From: Macrostomum lignano
Lineage: Eukaryota
Length of the DNA: 64,000 nucleotides
Direction: 5' to 3'
Assembly: GCA_002269645.1 (NCBI GenBank)
Contig: NIVC01000377.1
Span: forward strand, 1 to 64,000
Made by a program: the position numbers and the translations under genes. The notes under the pieces are model-generated. The model saw nothing but the letters and a program-made list of their open reading frames with translations. It was not told the origin of the DNA and did no database searches. Below are positions 1-16,700 of this stretch, piece after piece. The first letter of the stretch is position 1. Each line of letters opens with the position of its first letter.

Positions 1-747
1 CCCAGCCCGGCGTCGTCATTCCCTAGTCCGGCTAGGCAGCCAGCTGGCACCGACGATATGGATGAAGTGATCGCTGACGTTGTACCTAGAGCTGGATGTA
101 CCGATGGCAATGCTGACGCTCGGGTTCAACAGTCTGGCATTGTCGAGCAGGACTGCGCCGATATTGTCGACGACAATGCCGAGGATGCGATTATGACGAC
201 ACTGACGATGCAGCGATTGTGGAGGAGAAGCGGCAGTGACCTCCAGCCCTATCGTGGGCTTCACAATCCGGTACGTTTCGCCGGACAGCGAGCTGGCCAA
301 AGCTTCCCAGTCGGCCAGTTCGTCGAAAGCCGCGCCAGTAGGCGGTCGACTGTACAGCTGTCCAGTGTGCTGCAAGTGCTTCAGCAATCACTCAATCTGA
401 TGCGGCACAAGCGGGTGCACTCGGGCGCCAGGCCGTTCCAGTGCGTAGTCTGCGCCAAGGCCTTCTCCCAGTCTAACAATCTGTACCAGCATCAGATCAT
501 TCACACTGGCCGGCGACCCTACATCTGCCGCCTATGCCGCTCCGCTTTCACTCTGCCTGGCAATCTGCAGAAACACGTGCAACGCTCTCACGTTGGCTCT
601 GTGCAAAGCTGGCAAGAGGCCATGGAGCTTGAAGAGGACCTGCCGCAGCTGCTCACCGCAATCAGGACTGGCAGTTTCACGTTACAGCGTCAGGAGGAGC
701 GAACGGATGAACCGAGTGAATCACTGGGAGCTTCCAGCGATGCGTGA
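1..747 (+). CDS. C2H2 zinc-finger protein, 3' part (three fingers; open at the window edge; three apparent 1-nt deletions)
   Basis: Frame 1 encodes FQCVVCAKAFSQSNNLYQHQIIH, linker TGRRP, then YICRLCRSAFTLPGNLQKHVQRSH. A third finger, YSCPVCCKCFSNHS/NLMRHKRVH, is split across frames 2 and 1 at ~393. Stop TGA at 745-747. Confidence 0.85.
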   Translation, partial: PSPASSFPSPARQPAGTDDMDEVIADVVPRAGCTDGNADARVQQSGIVEQDCADIVDDNAEDAIMTTLTMQRLWRRSGSDLQPYRGLHNPVRFAGQRAGQSFPVGQFVESRASRRSTVQLSSVLQVLQQSLNLMRHKRVHSGARPFQCVVCAKAFSQSNNLYQHQIIHTGRRPYICRLCRSAFTLPGNLQKHVQRSHVGSVQSWQEAMELEEDLPQLLTAIRTGSFTLQRQEERTDEPSESLGASSDA

Positions 748-820
748 ATGCCCTTGGCGGTCTGGGTCCGCACCGTGGGGTTTGCCTGGAATCTCAGTTC
801 AGAATCCAGATTGGCTTTTT

Positions 821-2050
821 GTTTGCTGGTCATGGGCCTCCCAGTGTGTTAGCTGGTCCTGGCCCTCTCTCCGTGTTAGCTGGTCCTGGCCCTCTCTCAG
901 TGTTAGCTGGTCATAGCCCTCTCTCCGTGTTAGCTGGTCATGGCCCTCTCTCAGTGTGTTAGCTGGTCCTGGCCCCCTCTCCGTGTGTTTAGCTGGTCAT
1001 AGCCCTCTCTCAGTGTGTTAGCTGGTCCTGGCCCTCTCTCAGTGTGTTAGCTGGTCCTGGCCCTCTCTCAGTGTGCTAGCTGGTCCTGGCCCTCTCTCAG
1101 TGTGCTAGCTGGTCCTGGCCCTCAGTGTGTTAGCTGGTCCTGGCCCTCTCTCAGTGTGCTAGCTGGTCCTGGCCCTCAGTGTGTTAGCTGGTCCTGGCCC
1201 TCTCTCAGTGTGTTAGCTGGTCCTGGCCCTCAGTGTGTTAGCTGGTCCTGGCCCTCTCTCAGTGTGCTAGCTGGTCCTGGCCCTCAGTGTGTTAGCTGGT
1301 CCTGGCCCTCTCTCAGTGTGTTAGCTGGTCCTGGCCCCCTCTCCGTGTGTTAGCTGGTCATAGCCCTCTCTCAGTGTGTTAGCTGGTCCTGGCCCTCTCT
1401 CAGTGTGTTAGCTGGTCCTGGCCCTCTCTCAGTGTGCTAGCTGGTCCTGGCCCTCTCTCAGTGTGCTAGCTGGTCCTGGCCCTCAGTGTGTTAGCTGGTC
1501 CTGGCCCTCTCTCAGTGTGCTAGCTGGTCCTGGCCCTCAGTGTGTTAGCTGGTCCTGGCCCTCTCTCAGTGTGTTAGCTGGTCCTGGCCCTCTCAGTATG
1601 TTAGCTGAGTCATAGCCCTCAGTGTGTTTGTTAGCTGGTCATAGCCCTCAGTGTGTTAGCTGGTCATAGCCCTCAGTGTGTTAGCTGGTCCTGGCCCTCT
1701 CAGTATGTTAGCTGAGTCATAGCCCTCAGTGTGTTTGTTAGCTGGTCATAGCCCTCAGTGTGTTAGCTGGTCATAGCCCTCAGTGTGTTAGCTGGTCATA
1801 GCCCTCAGTGTGTTAGCTGGTCATAGCCCCTCAGTGTGTTAGCTGGTCAAAGCCCTCAGTGTGTTAGCTGGTCATAGCCCCTCAGTGTGTTAGCTGGTCA
1901 AAGCCCTCAGTGTGTTAGCTGGTCATAGACCTCAGTGTGTTAGCTGGTCATAGCCCCTCAGTGTGTTAGCTGGTCAAAGCCCTCAGTGTGTTAGCTGGTC
2001 ATAGCCCTCAGTGTGTTAGCTGGTCATAGACCTCAGTGTGTTGGTCATAA
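821..2050. repeat. Minisatellite, 21-29 bp variable units (core GTGTTAGCTGGTC..GCCCTC)
   Basis: Direct tandem repetition read from the sequence; starts about 75 nt after the zinc-finger stop codon. Confidence 0.95.
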
Positions 2051-2538
2051 CCTTCAGTTTTTTAATTTGGTAAAATGCACTTAGAATCCTGGCACTACGG
2101 TGCAAACAGTTTCTTTACATGGAAATTGAAGCCAACTGATTAACTAACTGCCTTCTGAGTTGCTGCTATATGAAGTAGGTTTTGCAAATACCTTTACTGC
2201 AAAGTTTATTGCGTGAATTCAAATCATAGCCTATCATCTATGACTTCATGTTTTTAGATTATTAGTGTTAGAGAAATATAATATAACCTTAGTGCTGTTA
2301 CTAAATCTGGTCTTTTTGCGTCTTAACGGCATGTTGCTTGTAGGTCATTTGGAACCAGTTCTTCTGCAGTTTTGTTGCTCTTGATGTCCCTGTTTAATCT
2401 GATTAATGTTCTTGATCAGAATTAGCAGCTATTTATTGTATGAGTATATTATATAGCTTACTAATTCCTACTAACATCTAGATTAGAGTTTTCTAGATTT
2501 TGTCTGCACTTGATTTTAGATTTCAACTTCAAGATTTT

Positions 2539-3140
2539 AGATCTAAGTTACAGGATTTGGGATCTGAATCACAGGGTTTGGGATCTGAATCACAGGGTTT
2601 GGGATCTGAATCACAGGGTTTGGGATCTGAATCACAAGGTTTGGGATCTAAATCAAAGGCTTTGGGATCTAAATCACAGGGGTTGGGATCTGAATTACAG
2701 GGTTTGGGATCTGAATTACAGGGTTTGGGATCTGAATCACAAGATTTGGGATCTGAATCACAGGGTTTGGGATCTGAATCACAGGGTTTGGGATCTGAAT
2801 CACAAGATTTGGGATCTGAATCACAAGATTTGAGGTCTGAATCACAAAATTTGAGGTCTGAATCACAGGGTTTGGAATCTGAATCACAAGATTTGGGGTC
2901 TGAATCACAGGGTTTGGGATCTGAATCACAAGATTTGAGGTCTGAATCACAGGGTTTGGAATCTGAATCACAAGATTTTGGGTCTGAATTACAGGGTTTG
3001 AGGCCTGAATCACAGGGTTTGAGGCCTGAATCACAAGATTTGAGGTCTGAATCACAGGGTTTGAGGCCTGAATCACAGGGTTTGAGGCCTGAATCACAGG
3101 GTTTGAGGCCTGAATCACGGCGTTTGAGGACTGAATCACC
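2539..3140. repeat. 21-bp minisatellite (GGATCTGAATCACAGGGTTTG)
   Basis: Tandem 21-mers; accounts for ORFs 2500..3156, 2510..2833 and 2669..3187. Confidence 0.95.
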
Positions 3141-5748
3141 GGATTTTTTGGACTAAAACCCAAGAAAATGTTAAAATGTTCAACCATGAAAGCAGTTAAA
3201 ATTATACAGTAAAAGTGAATACTTGCGTTTTTACATTTTACTTAGGTCTCTGCCTGTCCCTCGTGAACATTTAGCCTCACCTGCAGCATTACGGCACTGT
3301 TATAATTGCCAGTGAATAAGGCAAGCACTGTAAATTTGTCACTTATAGATACATCTGGCTATGTTGTGAGTTCTTTCTCTTTATTATGAGCTATTGTTTA
3401 TATGGGACCAGAATAAATTGGATAAAGAGTATTGATGCATCAATAGCAGTTTCTGGTGTTAAAGCTACTAATAACATTTTACTTACACTATTGTGTTTTA
3501 TGGCTATTGTGATTTCAATAGAATTATATACAATATCTGTCATATCTATATCTATATGTTACTGTTTAGGCTCTGTGCTGCAGAGGATACACTCATAGAG
3601 ACCCGCTTGCACCCGCTAACCTCCCCATGAGATCTGCTATGTAGAATTGAAGCTTTTTCACACCCTTTTATATTATGTTGACTGTGGTCTTTTTTCAATC
3701 GTTGTTGTGCGTTTTTCTTTCTTCTTCAATCTGTCAGTTCTAAAAGCAGCAAAGTTTTGGGGATTACTGTTTTTAATGTTTTTTTCTGCCTTTTTGTTTT
3801 TTAAAGCCTGATTTAAAAAAGTTGATATACTGTGAATTTTGTCGCTTCTCTAAGTCGGCTCGTGTGCAGTGAACTCCGTTGTTTAGTTTACTATATAAAC
3901 ATTTTTGTGAGCACTAATATCCATTGATGTAATTGCCTTAATGATTGCCTGAGTAAGTTGTTGGCTTGTGTGCCTACATTTGTTTATTAATCATGTCTTG
4001 TAAATTAACGTTTGGGTTAAAAACACAATTTTAACTATTCATTGACTTATATATTAGTAATAGTTCATTGAATGTATCATTGAAGTTCATTAATATTATG
4101 TACAGCAATAAATTTAGCAATCTGTCACTTCAGCTAATATTAATATTAAGTGCGTTTGGCTGGCGGTAGCAACGGCTGCTGTAAGATTTTGATAATCTTT
4201 TTATGGGCTTGTTTTTTTTCAGAAATTGTAGTTATTGTGCACATGGTGTCCGATAACAAAGATGACAATAAGGACAAATCATTGTCTATAAATGCAAATA
4301 ATTGTCTAAAAGTGAGATAACATTCGTTCTACACTACTCTATTGCGAATCAGAAAAAGTGACATTCAAGAGATTAAAATATTTTTAAATTTTAGGGCAGC
4401 AAAATTATCATTAGAAAATAGGTGCAAAGTATTAGTTACTTCGCACACGGTTGTCAGTAGTGTTTCGGCATATTTCATAATTCCGCCTTGGTGCTTTCAA
4501 ATTTGCTGCAATTTCTTGTTGATTGTAGTTGAAAACGGAAGGCTACGTAGCTACTGCTAAGTAACATCCCTGTAGAGCAGTAAAATGATTACAAAAGTCT
4601 AGAGATTGAATGCTTCCGGAAAATTGTTCATAAAAACAAATCTTTTTTGTACAAAAGTAATAGTACTCTAAAAATAACCAAAAAGTTGGTAACTTGCAGA
4701 TTTATAAAAATAATAATAAAAAAAATTAACTTAAACTTATTTTACGCAAAAACTTATTGCTATACCACATGTTTGGTCTCCATTTTACAAATCGGTTTCA
4801 TTTATGTGTAATTAAATTGTGCACTGTAGGACTCATCCTAGATGCAGTGATTTTTTAAATTATTAGCTAAGAAACATGTAAAACACCAAAGTAAAATTTC
4901 AAAGTGATTAACTTAAAGATAAACTGATTCCTTTATTTTCTATAGTATGTCGGTTCAAGTTACTTATGCTTTATTTAACCTATTTCTCTGCTCTGGTGTC
5001 GCACTGTCGCAGTCACAACTGAAAATAATGTTTTTGTAACTAAGATAAAGTTTTTATTTGTATAATTAAGCTAAAAAACCTTCTAAAATGTTGTATATAT
5101 AGTATTTTTATCCCAATAACGTCTTAATACAACTATTCTATAATAAAGAACTACTAGACTAGACTTTATAACGAAGTGTTCCTAGTGGTCCTTGTATATA
5201 ATATCTTCATTCAAATATTGCTTTTAAATTAGCTATTTCAATTTTATTACCGCTAATCAGTACAAGCAAAAACTGAAGATAAAAGTAATGGCTCAAAATT
5301 ACATATATCGGGTCATATGTTTTTCTATGTTATTTTTCCACATTTTGCAATTTGCATTTTTAGCTACAAAACAAATAAATACATACACATTTTGGTTATT
5401 AATTGACGAAAACAATATAGATAAACCCAGATATTGAACGATTGATGATTGCATGGCTAATAATATCAATACAACACTACATTTATGTATATCATAACTA
5501 ATTTTGGCTCAGACTAATTAATTAAGCTTTTTATTGTAATATAATCTAGGCATGAAATTAAAAATTCAATCACAAAATATCTTTTAATACTCATGTTTAC
5601 TGATTTAAAAAAATTATATTACTAGTGAAATCTGCAATAACTGACTAGGCCTCAATTTTTTATACAGAATTTTTAGAATAATAAAAGCTCAAAATATCAG
5701 CAGACTGAGCAGGAGAAATGTAAGAGTTTCTTCCACTGTTTCAGCGCC

Positions 5749-9695
<3,947 letters not shown>

Positions 9696-10127
9696 CCTGA
9701 CTAGAAACTGCAGGTATTAGAATTAAAAAAGGACGCTACGTATGCAGTACGCAGAAATAACTCACATCGTCTCAAATTTTATTAATTAATCAACTGTTCT
9801 AGACTAGGTGCTTGTGTAGCTGATATTTTTATCAAGACAGCTTTGCAAATTACGACCTTAAATCATTTCTACTATTACAATACTTTTCTACAAAATATTC
9901 GAAGACTAAAAAAGCATATTTCTTTCCAGTATATAGATCTTCCAATAATTTTATGTGCGTTTGTTTTTAAAGCGATACTGTAGTGGCTACTATAAGTACA
10001 GACAAAGCATGCTTATTAGATTTTTTAATTTGCCATCTGGAATGGTGAAATTTTTACTTTGTGCTCCAGGGTTGTTAATGTAATTTTTACAGTTAATAAT
10101 TAACTAGCATCTGTCTCCTGTTACTAA

Positions 10128-10596
10128 CACAATACTAAAATAGCTGGATGGATCACTCAGGCATTTATACTTAGCAAAACAGCCTTCTACTTTCAGTTCA
10201 GTAGCAAAGAAGAATGCATAAGCTATTTTATAAAATAGGCAGCTGAAATGACTTTGATAAGTTTAGAAGCCCAAAGCTCGCAGGCGTAAACAACTTGCTA
10301 ATTGGTTCAGCAATAATCTACAATAGCCAGTCCACTGAAATGTACATGGCAGCTTTAGGCTGGAATTCCGAGAAAGGCAATAAAAATTGGGTTGCGCGGG
10401 GGGGGGTAGTAAGGAAAGGCGCGGTTGGAGGGTTTCAGCTGGAGGGTAATCAATGAATGGGTAATAAAAGAGCCAATAAATGAGCGTTGGCTTTAAAAAT
10501 ACAGTAAAATGCTTTTGTTTAACTTACTACTGAACTGAAAGTAGCTTGCACGCAAATGTACTGAGTGGCCTATCTCTAGTAATTCTAGTATCTGTG
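10128..10596 (+). mobile_element. MITE / non-autonomous DNA transposon, copy 1
   Basis: Termini match the consensus TIR CACAGATACTAGAATAACTAGATGGGCCACTCAG. Perfect 8-bp TSD GTTACTAA at 10120-10127 and 10597-10604. No ORF. Confidence 0.85.
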
Positions 10597-10636
10597 GTTA
10601 CTAAATACGTTTTATCGCAAATCTAGTTACTTATAG

Positions 10637-10890
10637 TAGGCTGGTATGCAAGGTTATCAATGGGCAGAGCAGCTGGCTGGGGCCACGACCCCTGGTTCGA
10701 TTCCGTGTGTGGCCACATTCATCTGGGGGCTTGCGCACGAAAATTGGCTTCACACCCATGAGGACTTCCCCCATGGCACAGAGTGTACATGCCTGACGAT
10801 TGGAAAGTCAAAGGGCCGCTGTACACCCTGTGTGAGCGTGTGTATGAGTGCGTACTACATCTGACTTTGGCACACTCTCAAAAGACCAGT
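10637..10890 (+). mobile_element. tRNA-derived SINE-like family 2
   Basis: B-box GGTTCGATTCC after GCCACGACCCCT. The body GGCACAGAGTGTACATGCCTGACGAT is shared with an inverted copy at ~61120-61280. The tail GGGCCGCTGTACACCCTGTGTGAGCG is shared with fragments at ~24770-24830 and ~32790-32880. Confidence 0.6.
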
Positions 10891-11129
10891 TGAAACTTGA
10901 ATCAAATTACCAGTTATAGATTTCGCAATGCCAATCTGCTCAAATATTTGTCAGCAGGTTGCGGAAAGCAGGTAAACTTGTTCCTTCCTCTAAAAATGTT
11001 CCTTCCACTAACGTGTTCTTGGATAATATTATTAATGATAGGCCAAACTTACGCTTTTAAAAGCAAACAAGCAAGTTACTAATTCGGTAATATGAGTACA
11101 AGTCATGCGCTAGAATGCTAATGCCGGCC

Positions 11130-11654
11130 TCAGTTCTGCCAGTTGGACAGCTGCAACTCTGCGGCAAAGAACTCCGCCTCAGCCTCCTGTTTCGACTGTC
11201 GTTCGCTGGTGCGCCTCGCCGCCTCGCCGCTGCTCGTCGCTTCGCCGCCGCCTTCGCCGCGGCCGGCCTCGACGTCCCCGGAGCAGCCGACAGTTGGCGT
11301 CGAGCTGGCGCTGGCCTGGCCTCCATCGCTGGCGCCCAGCATCAGCTGCCTGATCAGCTGTTTCTGCTGGCGCAGCTTCTTCTTCAAGTTCTCCTTCAGC
11401 ACCAGCAGCTTGAGCTTCTCGTCGAACAGCAGATCCTCCATACCGTCGCCGTTGCCTGCTCCGCCGCCGCCGCGGCCGTCCCCAGCCGACTCGGCGTCAT
11501 CCGCCGCCGCCGCGGCCGCTCGGGACTTGGACGACTCTTTCTTTGCTCGGCGAGATAACAGCAGCCGTTGAAGCAGTTTGGTTGCCACGGAACCGGCCGC
11601 GCAGCCGGCAGCAAGCAGGCCGCCGCCGACAGCAACTATCATCCAGTCAAGCAT
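11130..11654 (-). CDS. Hypothetical 174-aa protein with N-terminal hydrophobic segment and short coiled coil
   Basis: Uninterrupted GC-rich ORF in AT-rich surroundings. A splice acceptor (AATTTCAG) lies about 18 nt upstream of the ATG. Notable segments: MIVAVGGGLLAAGCAAGSVA and LLFDEKLKLLVLKENLKKKLRQQKQLIRQL. Confidence 0.55.
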   Translation of the reverse strand: MLDWMIVAVGGGLLAAGCAAGSVATKLLQRLLLSRRAKKESSKSRAAAAAADDAESAGDGRGGGGAGNGDGMEDLLFDEKLKLLVLKENLKKKLRQQKQLIRQLMLGASDGGQASASSTPTVGCSGDVEAGRGEGGGEATSSGEAARRTSERQSKQEAEAEFFAAELQLSNWQN

Positions 11655-12033
11655 TGGCCTAGCTAGTGGGCCACTGAAATTCTTTTTTTAGTTACTTTAC
11701 GAGTAGTAGTTATTCTTTAGTTATACGGTAGAATTGGCTGAGAGAATCTACTCATAGGCTATCAAATTACCGTTTGAGGAATCAGCAAAATAAAATAGAC
11801 CACAGCCACTATTCAGTTGTCTATGGTAAACGTTTCTCCTATGATTCAGAATTCATGAAAATTGTCTATGGCTTTTTTATTCAAGTGTATTTATACAAGT
11901 ACGCGAGCTGTCATGTTTGAGTGTTTTTAGACAGTTGCTATTTATAGAAGGTTTTGATGCGCATTTGTTTTTAATACAAACGTCTATGGCTTAAGCCGAC
12001 TAAAGGTTCATATTACCTCCTTGTAGCTCTAAC

Positions 12034-13126
12034 AGTCTGCAGGAGTGGGTCACTGACTTGCCAGTCTACAGTCAGTCTGCAAGAGTGGGTCACTGACTTG
12101 CCAGTCTACAGTCAGTCTGCAGGAGTGGGTCACTGACTTGCCAGTCTACAGTCTGCAGGAGTGGGTCACTGACTTGCCAGTCTACAGTCAGTCTGCAGGA
12201 GTGGGTCACTGACTTGCCAGTCTACAGTCAGTCTGCAGGAGTGGGTCACTGACTTGCCAGTTTACAGTCAGTCTGCAGGAGTGGGTCACTGACTTGCCAG
12301 TCTACAGTCAGTCTGCAAGAGTGGGTCACTGACTTGCCAGTCTACAGTCAGTCTGCAGGAGTGGGTCACTGACTTGCCAGTCTACAGTCTGCAGGAGTGG
12401 GTCACTGACTTGCCAGTCTACAGTCAGTCTGCAGGAGTGGGTCACTGACTTGCCAGTCTACAGTCAGTCTGCAGGAGTGGGTCACTGACTTGCCAGTTTA
12501 CAGTCAGTCTGCAGGAGTGGGTCACTGACTTGCCAGTCTACAGTCTGCAGGAGTGGGTCACTGACTTGCCAGTCTACAGTCAGTCTGCAGGAGTGGGTCA
12601 CTGACTTGCCAGTTTACAGTCAGTCTGCAGGAGTGGGTCACTGACTTATCACTCTACAGTCTGCAGGAGTGGGTCACTGACTTGCCAGTCTGCAGTCAGT
12701 CTGCAGGAGTGGGTCACTGACTTGCCAGTCTACAGTCAGTCTGCAGGAGTGGGTCACTGACTTGCCAGTCTACAGTCAGTCTGCAAGAGTGGGTCACTGA
12801 CTTGCCAGTTTACAGTCAGTCTGCAGGAGTGGGTCACTGACTTGCCAGTTTACAGTCAGTCTGCAGGAGTGGGTCACTGACTTGCCAGTTTACAGTCAGT
12901 CTGCAGGAGTGGGTCACTGACTTGCCAGTCTACAGTCAGTCTGCAGGAGTGGGTCACTGACTTGCCAGTCTACAGTCAAGTCTGCAGGAGTGGGTCACTG
13001 ACTTGCCAGTCTACAGTCAGTCTGCAGGAGTGGGTCACTGACTTGCCAGTCTACAGTCAAGTCTGCAGGAGTGGGTCACTGACTTATCACTCTACAGTCT
13101 GCAGGAGTGGATCACTGACTTGTCAG
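12034..13126. repeat. 40-bp minisatellite (CAGTCTGCAGGAGTGGGTCACTGACTTGCCAGTCTACAGT) with 36-bp variants
   Basis: Tandem units with a 40-nt period (e.g. 12061 and 12101). Confidence 0.97.
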
Positions 13127-13714
13127 TCTCGAAAAAACCAAAAGCATTGAAAATGCATCCCCTGTGGCCTTTCAATTCTCTGCATCGCAGACTCACGCAC
13201 TCACTGGGATTGTAAAGTGCTTGAGACTACTCAGAATTCTATGCACCCTCCGCACTGTGTACTCCCGTCTCCATAGCAATGAACGTAATCAGCTACGGTG
13301 GGCATGGAGAGTCAACTGGCCGCTGAATGCAATCAAACTGCAGTCCAGTTGGGATTTGAGTTGTTGGATGCGCTCTCTGTTATCCTTTGTCCTGGCAGCG
13401 GACCATGGCAACCGGACCAAGTCAGAGTCAGGCGGACAAGATCTGCTAAATATTTAATCGCTTTAGAGTCGCCCAATGGAGAGCATTAATAATTTAATTG
13501 GGACCGCAACTTCCAGGTGAGCAATAAACTCTCCCCTGTTCTCAGCCCATAAAATCCCCCCCGCTCGAAGGATCAGCGCTCACGTCTTAAACACCGAGTT
13601 GACTTCACCTCCGAAGTTCATCACTTGCCTCCCGAAAATTCTCAAAGCCTTAACAACAGACTCTGCGAAAAAAGGCGGCAGACTCGAGCCATGACAGCTC
13701 AAAAATCAGCTCAG

Positions 13715-16700
13715 ATGCGTGCAAGCTGCCGTCTGCTTGTGCTGCTCCTGGCTGTACACTGTGAGTCCGCCATCATTTCTGCTTTTTTCTCACTGAAGAC
13801 AAACAGCCTTTCTCGATGGAAGCATCCATTGAGACTAAATTATGCTTCATCAACTGTCTTTTATTATCCCTAATTCGTAGGCGCGGTGACCTCAACCGCC
13901 ACCAGCGCCGATGGCAAAGTGTGCATCAACAAGCCGGGCAGCGTCGGCGGCGCTCTGGTGTTCCCCGTGGACAGCCTGACCTCCTCGCTGCAGTCCTGCT
14001 TCCAGGACATTCGCAAGTGCGCCTCTACCAAGTTCAGCGTCTGCCTGCAGCTGCGGCTGGACAAGATTGAAGCAAATGGATGCGGCAAAGTGTTCACCAC
14101 CGGGGGTGAGGCCTGCTGCACCGCTGATGCTGGGGGACTGGAGACTCTCAGTGGGACTGGGTGGACTCTCAGTGGGACTGAGTGGACTCTCAGTGGGACT
14201 GAGTGGACTCTCAGTTGGACTGAGTGGACTCTCAGTGGGACTGGGTGGACTCTCAGTGGGACTGAGTGGACTCTCAGTGGGACTGGGTGGACTCTCAGTT
14301 GGACTGAGTGGACTCTCATTGGGACTGGGTGGACTCTCAGTTGGACTGGGTGGACTCTCAGTCGGAATGGGTGGACTCTCAGTCGGACTGGGTGGACTCT
14401 CAGTGGAACTGGGTGAACTCTTATTGGGACTGGGTGGACTCTCAGTGGGATTGGGTGGACTCTCAGTTGGACCGGGTGGACTCTTAAAGAGACTGAGTGG
14501 ACTCTTAAAGAGACTGGGTGGACTCTCAGTGGGACAGGGTGGACTCTCAGCTGGACTGGGTGGACTCTTAAAGAGACTGGGTGGACTCTCAGTGGGATTG
14601 GGAGGACTCTCAGTTGGACCGGGTGGACTCTTAAAGAGACTGGGTGGACTCCCAGTGGGACTGGGTGGACTCTCAGTTGGACTGAGTGGACTCTCATTGG
14701 GACTGGGTGGACTCTCAGTTGGACTGGGTGGACTCTCAGTGGAACTGGGTGGACTCTCAGTGGAACTGGGTGAACTCTTATTGGGACTGGGTGGACTCTC
14801 AGTGGGATTGGGTGGACTCTCAGTTGGACCGGGTGGACTCTTAAAGAGACTGAGTGGACTCTTAAAGAGACTGGGTGGACTCTCAGTGGGACAGGGTGGA
14901 CTCTCAGCTGGACTGGGTGGACTCTTAAAGAGACTGGGTGGACTCTCAGTGGGATTGGGTGGACTCTCAGTTGGACCGGGTGGACTCTTAAAGAGACTGG
15001 GTGGACTCCCAGTGGGACTGGGTGGACTCTCAGTTGGACCGGGTGGACTCTTAAAGAGACTGGGTGGACTCTCAGTGGGACTGGGTGGACTCTCACTGGG
15101 ACTGGGTGGACTCTCAGTTGGACCGGGTGGACTCTTAAAGAGACTGGGTGGACTCTCAGTGGGACTGGGTGGACTCTCAGTCGGACTGGGTGGACTCTCA
15201 GTGGGACTGGGTGGACTCTCAGTCGGACTGGGTGAACTCTTAGTGGGACTGGGTGGACTCTCAGTGGGACTGGGTGGACTCTCAGTTGGACTGAGTGGAC
15301 TCTCATTGGGACTGGGTGGACTCTCAGTGGAACTGGGTGAACTCTTATTGGGACTGGGTGGACTCTCAGTGGGACAGGGTGGACTCTCAGCTGGACTGGG
15401 TGGACTCTTAAAGAGACTGGGTGGACTCTCAGTGGGATTGGGTGGACTCTCAGTTGGACCGGGTGGACTCTTAAAGAGACTGGGTGGACTCCCAGTGGGA
15501 CTGGGTGGACTCTCAGTTGGACTGAGTGGACTCTCATTGGGACTGGGTGGACTCTCAGTTGGACTGGGTGGACTCTCAGTCGGAATGGGTGGACTCTCAG
15601 TCGGACTGGGTGGACTCTCAGTGGAACTGGGTGAACTCTTATTGGGACTGGGTGGACTCTCAGTGGGATTGGGTGGACTCTCAGTTGGACCGGGTGGATC
15701 TTAAAGAGACTGAGTGGACTCTTAAAGAGACTGGGTGGACTCTCAGTGGGACAGGGTGGACTCGATCAGCTGGACTGGGTGGACTCTTAAAGAGACTGGG
15801 TGGACTCTCAGTGGGATTGGGTGGACTCTCAGTTGGACCGGGTGGACTCTTAAAGAGACTGGGTGGACTCCCAGTGGGACTGGGTGGACTCTCAGTTGGA
15901 CCGGGTGGACTCTCAGTGGGACTGGGTGGACTCTCAGTCGGACTGGGTGAACTCTTAGTGGGACTGGGTGGACTCTCAGTTGGACTGAGTGGACTCTCAT
16001 TGGGACTGGGTGGACTCTCAGTTGGACTGAGTGGACTCTCATTGGGACTGGGTGGACTCTCAGTTGGACTGGGTGGACTCTCAGTCGGACTGGGTGGACT
16101 CTTAAAGAGACTGGGTGGACTCTCAGTGGGACTGGGTGGACTCTCAGTTGGACCGGGTGGACTCTCAGTCGGACTGGGTGGACTCTTAAAGAGACTGGGT
16201 GGACTCTCAGTTGGACTGGGTGGGCTCTTAAAGAGACTGGGTGGACTCTCAGTTGGACTGGGTGGACTCTCAGCTGGACTGGGTGGACTCTTAAAGAGAC
16301 TGGGTGGACTCTCAGTGGGACTGGGTTGACTCTCAGTTGGACCGGGTGGACTCTTAAAGAGACTGGGTGGACTCTCAGTGGGACTGGGTGGACTCTTAGT
16401 TGGACCGGGTGGACTCTCAGTTGGACTGGGTGGACTCTTAAAGAGACTGGGTGGACTCTCAGTTAGACTGGGTGGACTCTTAAAGAGACTGGGTGGACTC
16501 TCAGTGGGACTGGGTGGACTCTCAGTTCTTAAAGAGAACTTAAAGAGGACTCTTAAAGAGACTGGTTGGACTCCCAGTGGGACTGGGTGGACTCTCAGTT
16601 GGACCGGGTGTACTCTTAAAGAGACTGGGTGGACTCTCAGTTGGACCGGGTGGACTCTTAAAGAGACTGGGTGGACTCTTAAAGAGACTGGGTGGACTCC

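Noticed and set aside
2500-3187. 218-aa GSESQGL repeat ORF
   Set aside because: Pure 21-bp tandem repeat with a non-ATG start and no splice or domain context.
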